DNA of 64,000 nt from NCBI GenBank assembly GCA_964016885.1, contig OZ024742.1:56916001-56980000 (forward strand), read 5' to 3'. The DNA is from Eledone cirrhosa (Eukaryota). The notes beneath the pieces were generated by a model. It saw nothing but the letters and a program-made list of their open reading frames with translations, did not search any database and was not told the DNA's origin. This document shows positions 52,030 through 64,000 of this stretch, one piece after another; position 1 is the stretch's first letter; every line of letters starts with the position of its first letter. Both the position numbers and the translations under genes were made by a program.

Positions 52030-52420
52030 GTACACTATTAATAATTATTAATGCACTCGTGCAATGCCTGTGCGTGACGAATATTTTTAAAGTGATGAAA
52101 GACAGTGCACTGAGCCAATCCCACTCTCTGAGCGACAGTAGCTATAACCCGAAAAGAAGAAAAGATCAACATCAACGGTAACTACTGAGCCGCAGGTTTT
52201 ATGTCGGAGTTAACCCAGTTTCCTGAGATGCCTTCTCCTAGAAGAATGCCCTGACAAGGGCTAGGGGTTCTTTACTCCCAGTGGTTTAACTGCGAGATCG
52301 GGCATCCAGCCCGATTATTTCTATGTCACCGCGCAAAAAAAAAAAAAAAAAAATACATACATACATACATACATACATACATACATACATACATACATAC
52401 ATACATACATACATACATAC

Positions 52421-53027
52421 ATGGTGGCTGCCAACTCGTTTTCGAGTACGGCCACTACTTTATATCCATGTAGGAGAACCCCTACCGATGCGCTGAACGA
52501 GTATGACTTTTTAGTCCAGCCAGCGACTTGAAAACTCTGGTACAAATACTACACTTGTGACAATTATTGACTCATAGTGGGCCCATGGTACCATATGATG
52601 ACAAGTGCAGAGAGATCTCCAGATATAAAGCAATGCCTGTGCCGTGAAGCTTTTATAGTGAGCAAAGGCACTGCACAAAGCCAGTCCCACTCTCTTAACC
52701 AAGATGATATTTACCAAAAAGAAGAACAAGTCAACATCATTGGATACCATCAGGATTGCAGGTGTTATATCAGAGTTTTCCTTCTCCTAGAATTCTGCCT
52801 TGACAAAGGCTAAGGGGTCATCTCTCCCGGTGATTTTGGAAGGCCATTGACTCTTAAGAGCTCCTTTGCCCTTTGACAGGTTTTGTTTTTAGTCCTGCAG
52901 AATGTCCAAAGTCACCCTCCTCACCAAGAAACCTTGGTGGGGTTGCCAGTTTAGTCGCCAACGACCCGACCATGAGACAGGTTGTACTGGGATACATGTT
53001 ACCAGTAGCACCAACTGGTGACCTGAC
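52421..53027 (-). mobile_element. ~600-bp non-autonomous RTE derivative, copy 3
   Basis: Full length; (CATA)n on both sides. Confidence 0.88.
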
Positions 53028-53052
53028 ATACATACATACATACATACATACA

Positions 53053-53403
53053 TGGTGGCTGCCAACTCGTTTTCGAGTACGGCCACTACTTTATATCCAT
53101 GTAGGAGAACCCCTACCGATGCGCTGAACGAGTGTGAGTTTCTAGTCCAGCCAGCGACTTGAAAACTCTGGCACAAATACCCCACTTGTGACCATTATTG
53201 ACATATAGTGCTGGGCCCATGGTACATGTGATGACAAGTGCAGAGATATCTCCAGATATAAAGCAATGCCTGTGCCGTGAAGCTTTTATAGTGAGCAAAG
53301 GCACTGCACAAAGCCAGTCCCACTCTCTTAACCAAGATGATATTTACCAAAAAGAAGAACAAGTCAACATCATTGGATACCATCAGGGTTGCAGGTGTTA
53401 TAT
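53053..53403 (-). mobile_element. RTE derivative, copy 4 (5'-truncated)
   Basis: 3' 350 bp only; (CATA)n on both sides. Confidence 0.88.
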
Positions 53404-53484
53404 CATACATACATACATACATACATACATACATACATACATACATACATACATACATACATACATACATACATACATACATAC

Positions 53485-54862
53485 ATCCGAGCAGTTGATG
53501 TTGGAACTCGAAAAATACTGAACAACACCGGAAACTTCCACATCAACAGTGACATAGACCGCCTTTACTTGAAACGTAAGCAGGGAGGCAGATGCCTAAC
53601 ATCAGTCCAGACAACATTTGAATGTCGCATCATATCTCTCCGACATCTACGAACCTCGAAGCGTGGGAGCCCGTTTCTCGAGCAAGTCTATCTGCATGAA
53701 ACAGATAAGATCATTAGAGTTGGAAAGGAACTCCTTGAGAAATATTCTCTGTGTGATAATCAAAAACTCACACCCAGGGATGTCGCTCAGCAGTATCACA
53801 GTGAATCCATGGATGAAAAACTGCATGCTTATCAGCAAAAAATCATCCATGGATATGTGCCAGGAAGCTCCAGAGTGATAGTAATATAGATAAGGAAATT
53901 AGTCTATCTTGGACCAACAACCGCTATATTGGCTCCCACTTTGAAGGATACGCTTTTGCAATCCAGGAACAGGAGATTAGCACGTAATACCTGATTGACA
54001 AAAGAGATAGGGATGCAGGCAAAACACCTAGATGTGATAACAAGTGCAGACTCTGCAGAACTAACATCGAGGATATCACCCATGTCATCAGTAGCTGTCC
54101 AAAGATGTCATCGCGGTACTATCTACCTCTGAGGCATGATGTAGTCGCCAAAACACTGTAAAATACAGTTCGAAAAAAAGATAGCCCTGATAATAAACAC
54201 ATTAAAAGCTACAACAATGGGGAAGACATCCATGTACATAATATGAAAGAGTACTGGTGGAATGTTCCAGTAAAAACCCCAATAAAATGCAGGCATAATA
54301 GACCAGATATTATGATTTGGGACAGGGAGAAGAAAACATGCACAGTAGTGGAAATTAGCTGCCCAGCATATGCCAATATAATATCAAAGATTAGTGAAAA
54401 GGAGAATATTTATGCAGAACTGATGAGAAATCTGCAGATACTCCACCCTGATTACACCTTCAGATTATGCCTGTGATTATTGGAGCACTGGGATATGTTA
54501 GTAACTGCTTCTATACAAATCTTGAGAAGCTAGGCTTCACAGGAACAGTAAGAACACAACTAGTTAGGAAATTACAAGTACAATCCATTAATGGAACAGT
54601 AAAAATATGTAAAACATTCCAAAAATGTTGCATCTAATAACTGCATATACACATGTACAGATACAAAGCATATACACATGCACACATACAACTCAAAATA
54701 TACACATCCACACATACAATAACATCCATATCTACACATGCATGCATACATACATATCTACCTAGTTGATGTGTAAATTCCAATGAGAGAGTCTTGTGTC
54801 TATGTTAGAAACCGACTCTCTCTCTATTGGTAAAACTTTGTGAAATTATAAAACCAGAAGAA
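53485..54862 (+). mobile_element. R4/Dong family B, 5'-truncated copy with complete 3' UTR
   Basis: CRLCRTNIEDITHVISSC, RHD, RPDIMIWD; (CATA)n on both sides. Confidence 0.9.
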
Positions 54863-54883
54863 CATACATACATACATACATAC

Positions 54884-55310
54884 ATGGTGGCTGCCAACTC
54901 GTTTTCGAGTACGGCCACTACTTTATATCCATGTAGGAGAACCCTACCGATGCGCTGAACGAGTGTGACTTTTTAGTCCAGCCAGCGACTTGAAAACTCT
55001 GGTACAAACTCTACACTTGTGACAGTTATTTACACATAGTGCTGGGCCCATGGTACCATGTGACGACAAGTGCAGAGAGATCTCCAGATATAAAGCAATG
55101 CCTGTGCCGTGAAGCTTTTCCCACTCTCTTAACCAAGATGATGTTTACCAAAAAGAAGAACAAGTCAACATCATTGGATACCATCAGGGTTGCAGGTGTT
55201 ATATCAGAGTCTTCCTTCTCCTAGAATTCTGCCTTGACAAAGGCTAAGGGGTTATTTCTCCCAGTGATTTTGGATGGCCATTGACTCTTAAGAGCTCCTT
55301 TGCCCTTTGC
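54884..55310 (-). mobile_element. RTE derivative, copy 5 (5'-truncated, small internal deletion)
   Basis: Matches copies 1-4; (CATA)n on both sides. Confidence 0.88.
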
Positions 55311-55356
55311 CATACATACATACATACATACATACATACATACATACATACATACA

Positions 55357-55385
<29 letters not shown>

Positions 55386-55387
<2 letters not shown>

Positions 55388-57081
55388 GATGAGAATGAAG
55401 CTATACTGGGATGAAATACATCCAGAGTCAAATCACTTCACGGCCAAGCAATTACACAAATAAGCAACGTGCGTTGAATGCAAAAATAAAATGAACATCA
55501 TACATTGTAAGTCTTCCAGGTCGAGCATGCAATCAACAACACGTGCTCCAGGCCGCCCTATTACTAGACCTTCTAGCAGCCAGACTGAACATCAACAAAC
55601 GACAGCAATACACGAACAACAATATGAAACAACTATGCCGATAAGAAATTTGTCACCACATCATTCTACCTCGACTGTTGTGCAAATCAGTGTTGATAAT
55701 AAATACATATGCAATTAGCTTGGAAAATCAAGTGTATAAACAATTGAAATATACCCTCAGCGAAACTTTCTAGAGAGAAATCAATTCATGTATAAACATT
55801 TCATGTATAAACATTTCATGTATAAACATTACCAACAAAGAGTGACAAATAAAATAGAAACTATATTTGGCGACAGTACAACCAGAACTCTTCAATATAA
55901 GCTGATCATCCTCAAACAAGAATTGAGAGCTGTCAACGAGAAACTTCGAAACCAGAAGAGGGTGGCTGAAAGGAAACTAATTAATAAAAGATTCAGACGA
56001 AACCAAACATCAGTTTATAGAGATATGAATGGCAAAGTAATAAATGTCATTGAGGTCCCATCCCAGAAAGACATATTCTTTCTGGAAAAAAATATGGGGT
56101 GAAAAGAAGAATTTTAACAAAGATGCAATGTGGCTAAAAGAAATCCAAAAGAACTACTGCCCCTACACTATAACAAAAACATAAGAAATAAATGAGAATA
56201 CCCTTGAGACCGTGATAGGAAAATTCCAAGATAAGAAAACACCAGGAACAGACTTGATTGTTTGCTACTGGTACAAAAGTCTGACATTCTATCGGATGTA
56301 TCTTATCAACCTCTACCAGAAAGCGTTCAATGTAAGAGGGTGGCTGACATTAACACAAACAACATTGGTCCCCAAGAACAAAGACACTCACTTGGAAAAA
56401 AAACTACCGACCCATTGAATGCCAGAAGCTGATGTATAAAGTGTATATGCCTGGACCTATTTCTCCAAGATCACTGCGACAGTAATAACATCATCACAGA
56501 TGAGCAAGCAGCTGGGAAGAAAATTGTTTAGGGGTGTGCTGAAGATATAAGGATATGGGACAGGGAAAATATGGCATGCACAGTAGTGGACGTTAGTTTC
56601 CCCACAGATGCCAATATAATATCAAAGATTAGCGAAGAGGAGAATATCTATGCAGAACTAATGAGGAATCTGCAGATACTCCACCTTGATTATAACTTCA
56701 GATTTATACCTGTGATTATTGGGATACTGGGATATATTAGTAACTGCCTCAGAACAAATCTGGAGAAGCTGGGCTTCACACAAACAGAAAGTACACTAGT
56801 TAAGAAATTACAAGTGCAATCCATTAATGGAACAGTAAAAATATGTAAAACATTCCAAATATTCTGCATGTAATAACTGCATGAGCACATGTACAGATAC
56901 AAAACATATGCACATGCAAACATATAACTCAAAATATCCACATCCATACATACAATAATATCAATTCCTGCACACACATGCATGCATGCAGACATGCAGA
57001 CATATCTTCCTAGTTGATGTTGTTTAAATTCTAATGAAAGAGTCTTGTGTCTATGTTAGAAATCGACTCTCACTCTCTCTG

Positions 57082-57116
<35 letters not shown>

Positions 57117-57117
57117 A

Positions 57118-57165
<48 letters not shown>

Positions 57166-57197
57166 TAAAAATCTATAAAATTATAAAACCAGAAGAA
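55386..57197 (+). mobile_element. R4/Dong family B, internally deleted copy
   Basis: N-terminal MKLYWDEIHPE, region homologous to 62759-63673, then a jump to the RLE C-terminus and 3' UTR; (CATA)n on both sides. Confidence 0.87.
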
Positions 57198-59005
57198 CAT
57201 ACATACATACATAATACATACATATGCATTCATATAAATACATATTCTCACTGCGTAATTTACAATGGTTTCATTAGATCGCAGTGCTGAATTTAAGCCA
57301 GAGGCATGGGTGTTTATAAGGATAACTGTGTTGCCCTAAATACACTTTAAGAAGACAAAATCTGCTGATATCTACCAACGACGACCTTAAAAATAATTCC
57401 CGCATTGCTGACATTATAGTTTAGTTTAAAACTAAAGCACTTTATACATGCATGATCTTTATCTTCTCTCCATTAAACAAATATATTAACTATGAACATC
57501 ATTTGAAAACTTTGGCTATTTTGCACAGTACGATTGTGCATTCTTATATCTTAACAGTCGTTATGTTTATACAATTGTAATAAATCTTATTTAATACTAT
57601 TGAATCGTTAATATTGCTTCTTACACTATTGATCTTGGATGGATGAATGGAGAGAACCACCTGAGAGAAAGAAATGTTTCGATTACAGAAAGTAGATATC
57701 CGAATTACTTTAATGCATTCTCTTATGTTCTCAAACATTTTTCCATCTCTTAGCTCCACACTGAGTAATCAAACTGCGAACATTTTCTACAGGTCGAAAA
57801 TTTAAATTTGTATATATCTCCATATATTGTACGAATATATCTCTCTAAATTGTATACATCTCCATATATAGTACGTAGAGAAAACCGGTCTGATGAATGC
57901 CATTATTCTTCAACTTATTTCCTACAGTCTGACATCGCAGATAGAATCACATGAAAGGAAACATCTCAGTCGGGAATATAGCCTACATCATAAACATTAC
58001 TTTCCTGTAGCTCCCGATAACTTGATTGTGATTGCATGAAATATACACGTCATAATAGTGTAAATATATCGATATACATTCAATATCAAAATTTAGAATG
58101 CTAACATATATCATATCATTTATAAACTCAATATGGAAATAAACCAAGATATATCAAGGCTAACCAGTAATGCCAATATACATGGTTATTCTCTGTACAT
58201 TACGATGTCGTCAGTTAATTGTGATAAAAAAAACTGCTGGCAAACGTGGAGTCTGCTAAACTATCTATTCTTTTTACATACTTGGTATCTTCGTTTTTTC
58301 ACAAGGCACAGATGCTTTGACTCAACATGGCTGAATGATTAAGGAATCATAAGGCCCCACGTTTATTTACCATAGCCTCGGATCGGCCCATTTTTGGGGG
58401 TGACAAAACCTACTTCAATAGACTTTATCTATAATTCAAAGGGTTTACCTTGTCACAGACTATATCACACTGAATCTCCCTGTGAAATACAGTACATTTG
58501 TCTTTGGAAAGGTCAGTCACCATTTACAAGTTAATTTCATGAACAGGCTGTTCTGTCCATTGATCTCGAACATTCATGACCGAAACCTATGGAGGCGTAT
58601 TCCATTTCAGCTACAAATGTCCTATATTTCCTCCGAAAAGAAGATGAATGTGGTGATGTGTATTTTGTTTTCAGGTCTTTATCGGTGTAGATAACAGAAA
58701 ATGTTTTTTTGCGAGAATCGAATTTGAACGCTAATATCCAACAAGATAGATTCTCGGGCATAAGCAGCTTACTAGAATACCAACAGCTAGTGCCTGTACG
58801 TTCTCATTACAATAACAGAAATGTCAACAGTTGACATATATTGTGATGTTGTATAGTTAATTAACCTGGTGCGGCTCTGCAGGATTTACTTACAGCTGTA
58901 GCTGGTTCACATTTTTAATTGAGTGGACTGGAGTAATGTGCAATTGAATCTTTTACTTAAGAACATAATGTGTCACCCAGTCCAAGAAACAAACACACGA
59001 TATTA

Positions 59006-59710
59006 CGAGGCTCGACTGAAAAGTTCATAGGCTGACCAAGATATTTTTCAACAGTTCCCTTACGGTACACATACTTCTTCCATCGGTGATGCAGTGCTTT
59101 GATCCCATTGAACAAAAAAAATTCATCTTGTTGGTGTTAAAAAGGTTATCAGCAGATATGACGTCATCCTCACTGCGATACTGGTTCCCAGCTAAGTCAT
59201 TTTTCATATTGGGGAACAGATGAAGCCGAATCAGGAGAATAGGCAGGCTGATCAACCAGTTCAAAGGCACAGCCACGCACAGCGACCATTGAAACCATTG
59301 AAACTTGTGTGAATGTGGTTAATGTTTTCCTCAGTTGCAGGATGTCCAGATCTTGGGCCAACTTAAAGACTCTTCATTCCCCTCCTAAATTCAGTTGCCA
59401 ATGTTTGCGCTGCTGATAAAGTTGCAGCGTCATCTCGTAATGTAGCAACCATGTCAGCATGAATGTCTTTGGGGGCTAAATCATTTTTCTGCAGGTACTT
59501 GATAACAGCAAGATGCCAAATGTTGTCCATTTTCAAGAGAAATCGCTACTAGTTGCATTTGAAGCCGTCTTTGAACAGCCAGGTGTCAGTTTAACTGTAA
59601 AGAAACAATGCAGTTATAAATAAGAAGAGTTGAAATTGACGCAGAAAAGATTTCATAGCACTAGCATCACTCCTTCATAGTCAGTCTACGAATATTTTAG
59701 CCCACCCTCA
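59006..59710 (-). mobile_element. Internally deleted mariner (same family as 38671), nested in an S2 SINE
   Basis: TIRs with TA flanks; homologous to both ends of the 38.7-kb copy; S2-like sequence resumes after 59712. Confidence 0.85.
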
Positions 59711-60837
59711 TACAATCATAAATCCAACACTCAAACCACAAGCCACGCACTGCAACCCTGAATCTATAGACGTTGCAGTTAATAGTTTCTTTCCATTCTA
59801 CCTAAAGGCAAACATGTGAATTGATCAAAGATAATTTTCTAATGTTATTAGCAAGTATAATTAGTATATCGACATGTATTCCCATTGACTGTTGTTGGAA
59901 CACAAATCCTCTCACGGATAACATCACATTATATGTCCCGTCGCTTAACAGTGTGAGTGCTCGCCAATAATGTAAACATTATTTCATGATATCATATAAT
60001 TTACATTTTGGTATTATACACAACATATAATTACTGCCTCTTTTGCCTCAAATCTCTGATTTAATAATACGATCAACATAGAACAATTCAAACGTTACCT
60101 TAAAGGTTTAGATATGATATTACAGAGAATTTACACTCAGGCTCATTCAATCTGTTCAGGTGGAGTATTGCTATGTAATTATGAAATAATAATAAACATG
60201 TGTTTATATCTACCCAGATGAAAATATATTTTGAAAAGACGTTAACTCTTCTAATCCCCCCTCCCACAAACAGACACACAACATATATCGCACACATCAT
60301 AGCATTATATTGTCCAACTTAAATTATGCTTGGGAAATAAGGTGCGATTGTCTCGGCTTTGACGGATTGCTCCGAACGAGTTTCTCCTATAAGGGATTAT
60401 ATCCGTAAATATAACGAACCGCAAGGTAACATACCAGCCTCATTGTTATCATTATATTTTTTTACATTTACCGTCAAATTTATATTGTGATAGTCTTCAA
60501 AGAAAACACGTTTAAAAACTACACAGAACGAAACCGGTTAGTGCAAAAAATAATTAGATAATCCTGACAATTTCTAATAATCTACCTATATTTTTTTTTA
60601 AATACACTTATTTTGTATGAAATCATTTTTTCGTTGTATATTCTAAACATGCAGTTATATAAAAATGTTAGTTGCATCTTGAAATCCTTATTATTTTCTA
60701 TATATAGTTAAAATAAAATAGATGCAACTATATATATATGTGTGTGTGTATGTGTGTGGGTGTGGGTGTGTGCGTGCGTGCGTGCGTGCGTGTGTAGGTG
60801 TGTCTATCTGTCTGTTTGTATGTATGTATGTATGTAC

Positions 60838-63800
60838 TGTATATTCATATTTCACAGATTTTTAGCAATAGAATTTCTAACATAGACACAAGACTCTCTC
60901 ATTGGAATTTACACATCAACTAGGTAGATTATGTAAGCCTAGCTTCTCAAGATTTGTATTGAGGCAGTTACTAACATACCCCAGTGCCCCAATAATCACA
61001 GGCATAAATCTGAAGGTGTAATCAGGGTGGAGTATCTGCAGATTTCTCATCAGTTCTGCATAAATATTCTCCTTTTCGCTAATCTTTGATATTATATTGG
61101 CATCTGCTGGGCAGCTAATTTCCACTATTGTGTATGCTTTCTTCTACCTGTCCCATATCATAATATCTGGTCTGTTATGCCTGCATTTTATTGGGGGTTT
61201 TACTGGAACATTTAACCAGTACTCTTTCATATTATGTACATGGATGTCTTCCACATTGCTGTAGCTTTTAATGTGCTTATTATCGGGGCTATCTTTTTTT
61301 CTAGGGATTGCATTGTACAGTGTTTTGGCCACTACATCATGCCTCATAGGTAGATAGTACCGCTATGACATCTTTGGACAGCTGCTGATGACATGGGTGA
61401 CATCTTCGATGTTAATTCTGCAGAGTCTGCACTTGTTATCACATCTAGGTGTTTTGCCTGCATCCCTATCTCTTTTGTCAATCAGGTATTTCGTGTTAAT
61501 TTCCTGTTCTTGGATTGCAAAAGCGCATCCTTAAAAGTGGGAGCCAATATAGCGGTTGTTGGTCCAAGATAGACTACTTTCCTTATCTATATTACTCTCA
61601 CTCTGGAGCTTCCTGGCATGATTTTTTGCTGATAAGCATGCAGTTTTTCATCCATGGATTCACTGCGATACTGCTGAGCGACTTCCCTGGGTGTGAGTTT
61701 CTGATTATCACACAGGGAATATCTCTCGAGGAGTTCCTTCCCAACTCTAATGATCTTATCTGTTTCATGCAGATAGACTTGCTCGAGAGACGGGCTCCTA
61801 CGCTTCGAGGTTCGCAGATGTTGTCGGAGGGATATGATGTGACATTCAAATGCTGTCTGGACTGATATTAGGCCTCTGCCTCCCTGCTTACGTTTCAAAT
61901 AAAGGCGGTCTATGTCACTGTTGATGTGGAAGTTTCCAGTGTTGTTTAGTATTTTTGGAGTTCTAACATCAACTGCTCGGATTTCGTCTATCGTCCAATT
62001 GAGTATTTCAAACGTTGCTGTTAGGACAGGCACAGCAAACACATTGTGAGCCACTATTTTGTTTTGCCCAGAGTTTCGATGACCAAATCTTTCTTAATCG
62101 AGTGTAGTATTCCGTGGTTACGAGTTCCTTATTACAGATACCATTATAGGATATGTTCTCATCTATCCCCAGGTATCTGTAGCAGTCATCATCAGATATC
62201 GGTGAATCAGTTAGGCCATTAATGATAATATTGCTAGATTGGGTTGTTGTTTTTCCCCGCTTTACAGTCACGTATGAGCATTTATCTTGGCCAAACTCCA
62301 TTCCTATAGCCTTTGAGAACGTTGTAACCAGGTCAAGATTTTTCTTCATCCCATCCATGTTCTTGGCATAGAGTTTCAGATCATCCACAAAGAAATTATG
62401 GGTTAGGTTCGTATTTCTGTCCTCCTGTAAGCCAATGATGTATCCCGCACATTTCTTGAGCAGAAAGCACAAGGTGCTTAATGACAGGATGAATAATATC
62501 ACAGAGAGACTGTCTCCCTGAAATATCCCCCTGCGATATTTTATTTTATCAGTGAAAATAGAGTCCTCCCTCTCTGTCGTTAACCTTAGGATATTAGCTT
62601 CTCTATGGCTCTGATAATAATGTCTCGGGCTTTAGCAAGTCGGAGGGCCTCTTTCATCCAAAAGTGGGGAACAGAATCGAAAGCTTTCCTGTAGTCCAGC
62701 CAGACTGTAGCCACTTTCCTCCTAAGTTGTCGCACCTCTGACATCACTGTTTTGTTGATTAGGAGTTGTTCAGCACATCCCCAACCCCTTTCTTTCCAGC
62801 TGCTTGTTCATCTGTGATGATGTTATTATTTTCACAGTGACCTTGGAGGAATAGGTTCAGGCCGGCTGTATACATCTTATACATCAGGCTCTGGCATGCA
62901 ATGGGTCGGTAGTTTTTTGCCAAGTGGGTGTCTTTGTTCTTGGGGACCATTAATGTTTGTGCTAATGTCAACCATTCTGGTATAAGTGTATCTCCCTTAA
63001 GAACTTGTTGGTAGAGGTCAGTAAGATACCTCCGATAGAATATCAGTTTTTTGTACCAGTAGCCGACAATCATGTCTCTACCTGGTACCTGGTGTTTCTT
63101 ATCTTGGAGTTTTCCTATCACAGTCTCAAGGGTACCCTCACTTATTTCGTTTGTTTTTGTTGTAGTGTAGGAGCAATAGTTCTTTCGGGTTTCTTTTAGC
63201 CACACTGCATCTTCGTTGAAATTCTTCTTTTCACCCCATATTTTTCTCCAAAAAGAATCTATGTCTTTCTGGGATGGGGCCTCACTGACACTTATTATTT
63301 TACCCTTCATATCTCTATAGACTGATGTTTGGTTTCGTCTGAATCTTTTATTAAGCACTTTTCTTTCATCTACCTTCTTCAGGTATCGGCGTTTTTCGCT
63401 AACAGCTCTCAATTCTTGTTTGACGGTGATCAGCTTATATTGAAGAGTTCTGGTTCTACTGTTACCAAACATCGTCGATATTTTATTTTTCTCTCTTTGT
63501 TGGTGAGGAGTGAGGTTTGTTTGTGTTTGTTTGCATGTAAGGAGCATTATCACATATCCTATGGTTTTTCGTAGGTCAGCAATCTTTTTTTCTATTTTAA
63601 TTATATATGATGGTGTTTTTGGTGGTGTTTTGTTCTTGTAAATATCTCTGCTATCACCAAGATAATACTTCACTGTCGTTGCTAAGGCATATAAACAGGC
63701 ATTGGTTTGCTAAAATGTTGGGGTTTTTATCCGTCGTAAATATTCATCCCCTATTTCGTCAATAACACGTAATATTTCATTATTTGTTTTTTTATTAAAT

Positions 63801-64000
63801 ATTGTCGTTTTAATACGTTCAGAAAGAGAGATATTTATATATGAATTAATTCCCCTCTGGAAGATTACGTTGAGGGAAATTTTCAATTGTTTATACTTTT
63901 GATTATTATCATTATCGATAGTATTTTCCACAATAGTCGAGGTATACTCGGATGTTACACGTGGTGTCAAATTTCTTCGATTCTTATCATTATTGATAGG
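60838..64000 (-). mobile_element. R4/Dong family B, long decayed copy running off the window
   Basis: NYRPIAC, FVDDLKLY, RHDVVAK, RPDIMIWD; frameshifted; 3' end abuts (CATA)n on the minus strand. Confidence 0.92.

Larger units (their letters stand above)
44536..52334 (-). mobile_element. Probable full-length RTE LINE; 5' UTR (52030-52334) separated from the ORF by the nested Dong element
   Basis: ORF 48090-44546. 52030-52334 carries RTE 5'-UTR motifs (CTAGGAGAAGG, GAGAGTGGGATTGGC) on the same strand, and (TAA)n lies at both junctions. Confidence 0.7.

Noticed and set aside
52350-55390. CRISPR-like repeat/spacer alternation
   Set aside because: Repeats are (CATA)n and spacers are retroelement copies; eukaryotic context, no cas genes.
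57540-58800. Unique-looking sequence with scattered splice-like sites
   Set aside because: No consistent exon chain or recognisable domain; a host exon cannot be excluded without RNA data.

Overview
AT-rich, microsatellite-dense eukaryotic DNA. Its repeat content resembles a coleoid cephalopod (octopus-like) genome, but that is an inference. No host gene could be supported; almost all recognisable sequence is mobile-element derived. It contains decayed Tx1/L1-like LINEs, a near-complete RTE LINE whose 5' UTR appears interrupted by a full-length R4/Dong LINE with an intact 1130-aa ORF, a second R4/Dong family always next to (CATA)n, two Penelope-like (PLE) RT remnants, a CRE fragment, mariner, hAT and Helitron remnants, two tRNA-derived SINE families and a ~600-bp non-autonomous RTE derivative. 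The most striking signal, absent from the ORF track, is a dense set of type I hammerhead ribozymes. Seven have intact cores, two carry a U4C change, and about ten more are decayed or partial. They sit in short non-coding modules embedded in (TA)n arrays, mostly at 5.7-24 kb. Two modules have greater-than-unit-length retrozyme architecture: 22406-23083 (two hammerheads, predicted 478-nt unit) and 7624-8230 (424-nt unit). All structures were folded by eye and none is experimentally verified.
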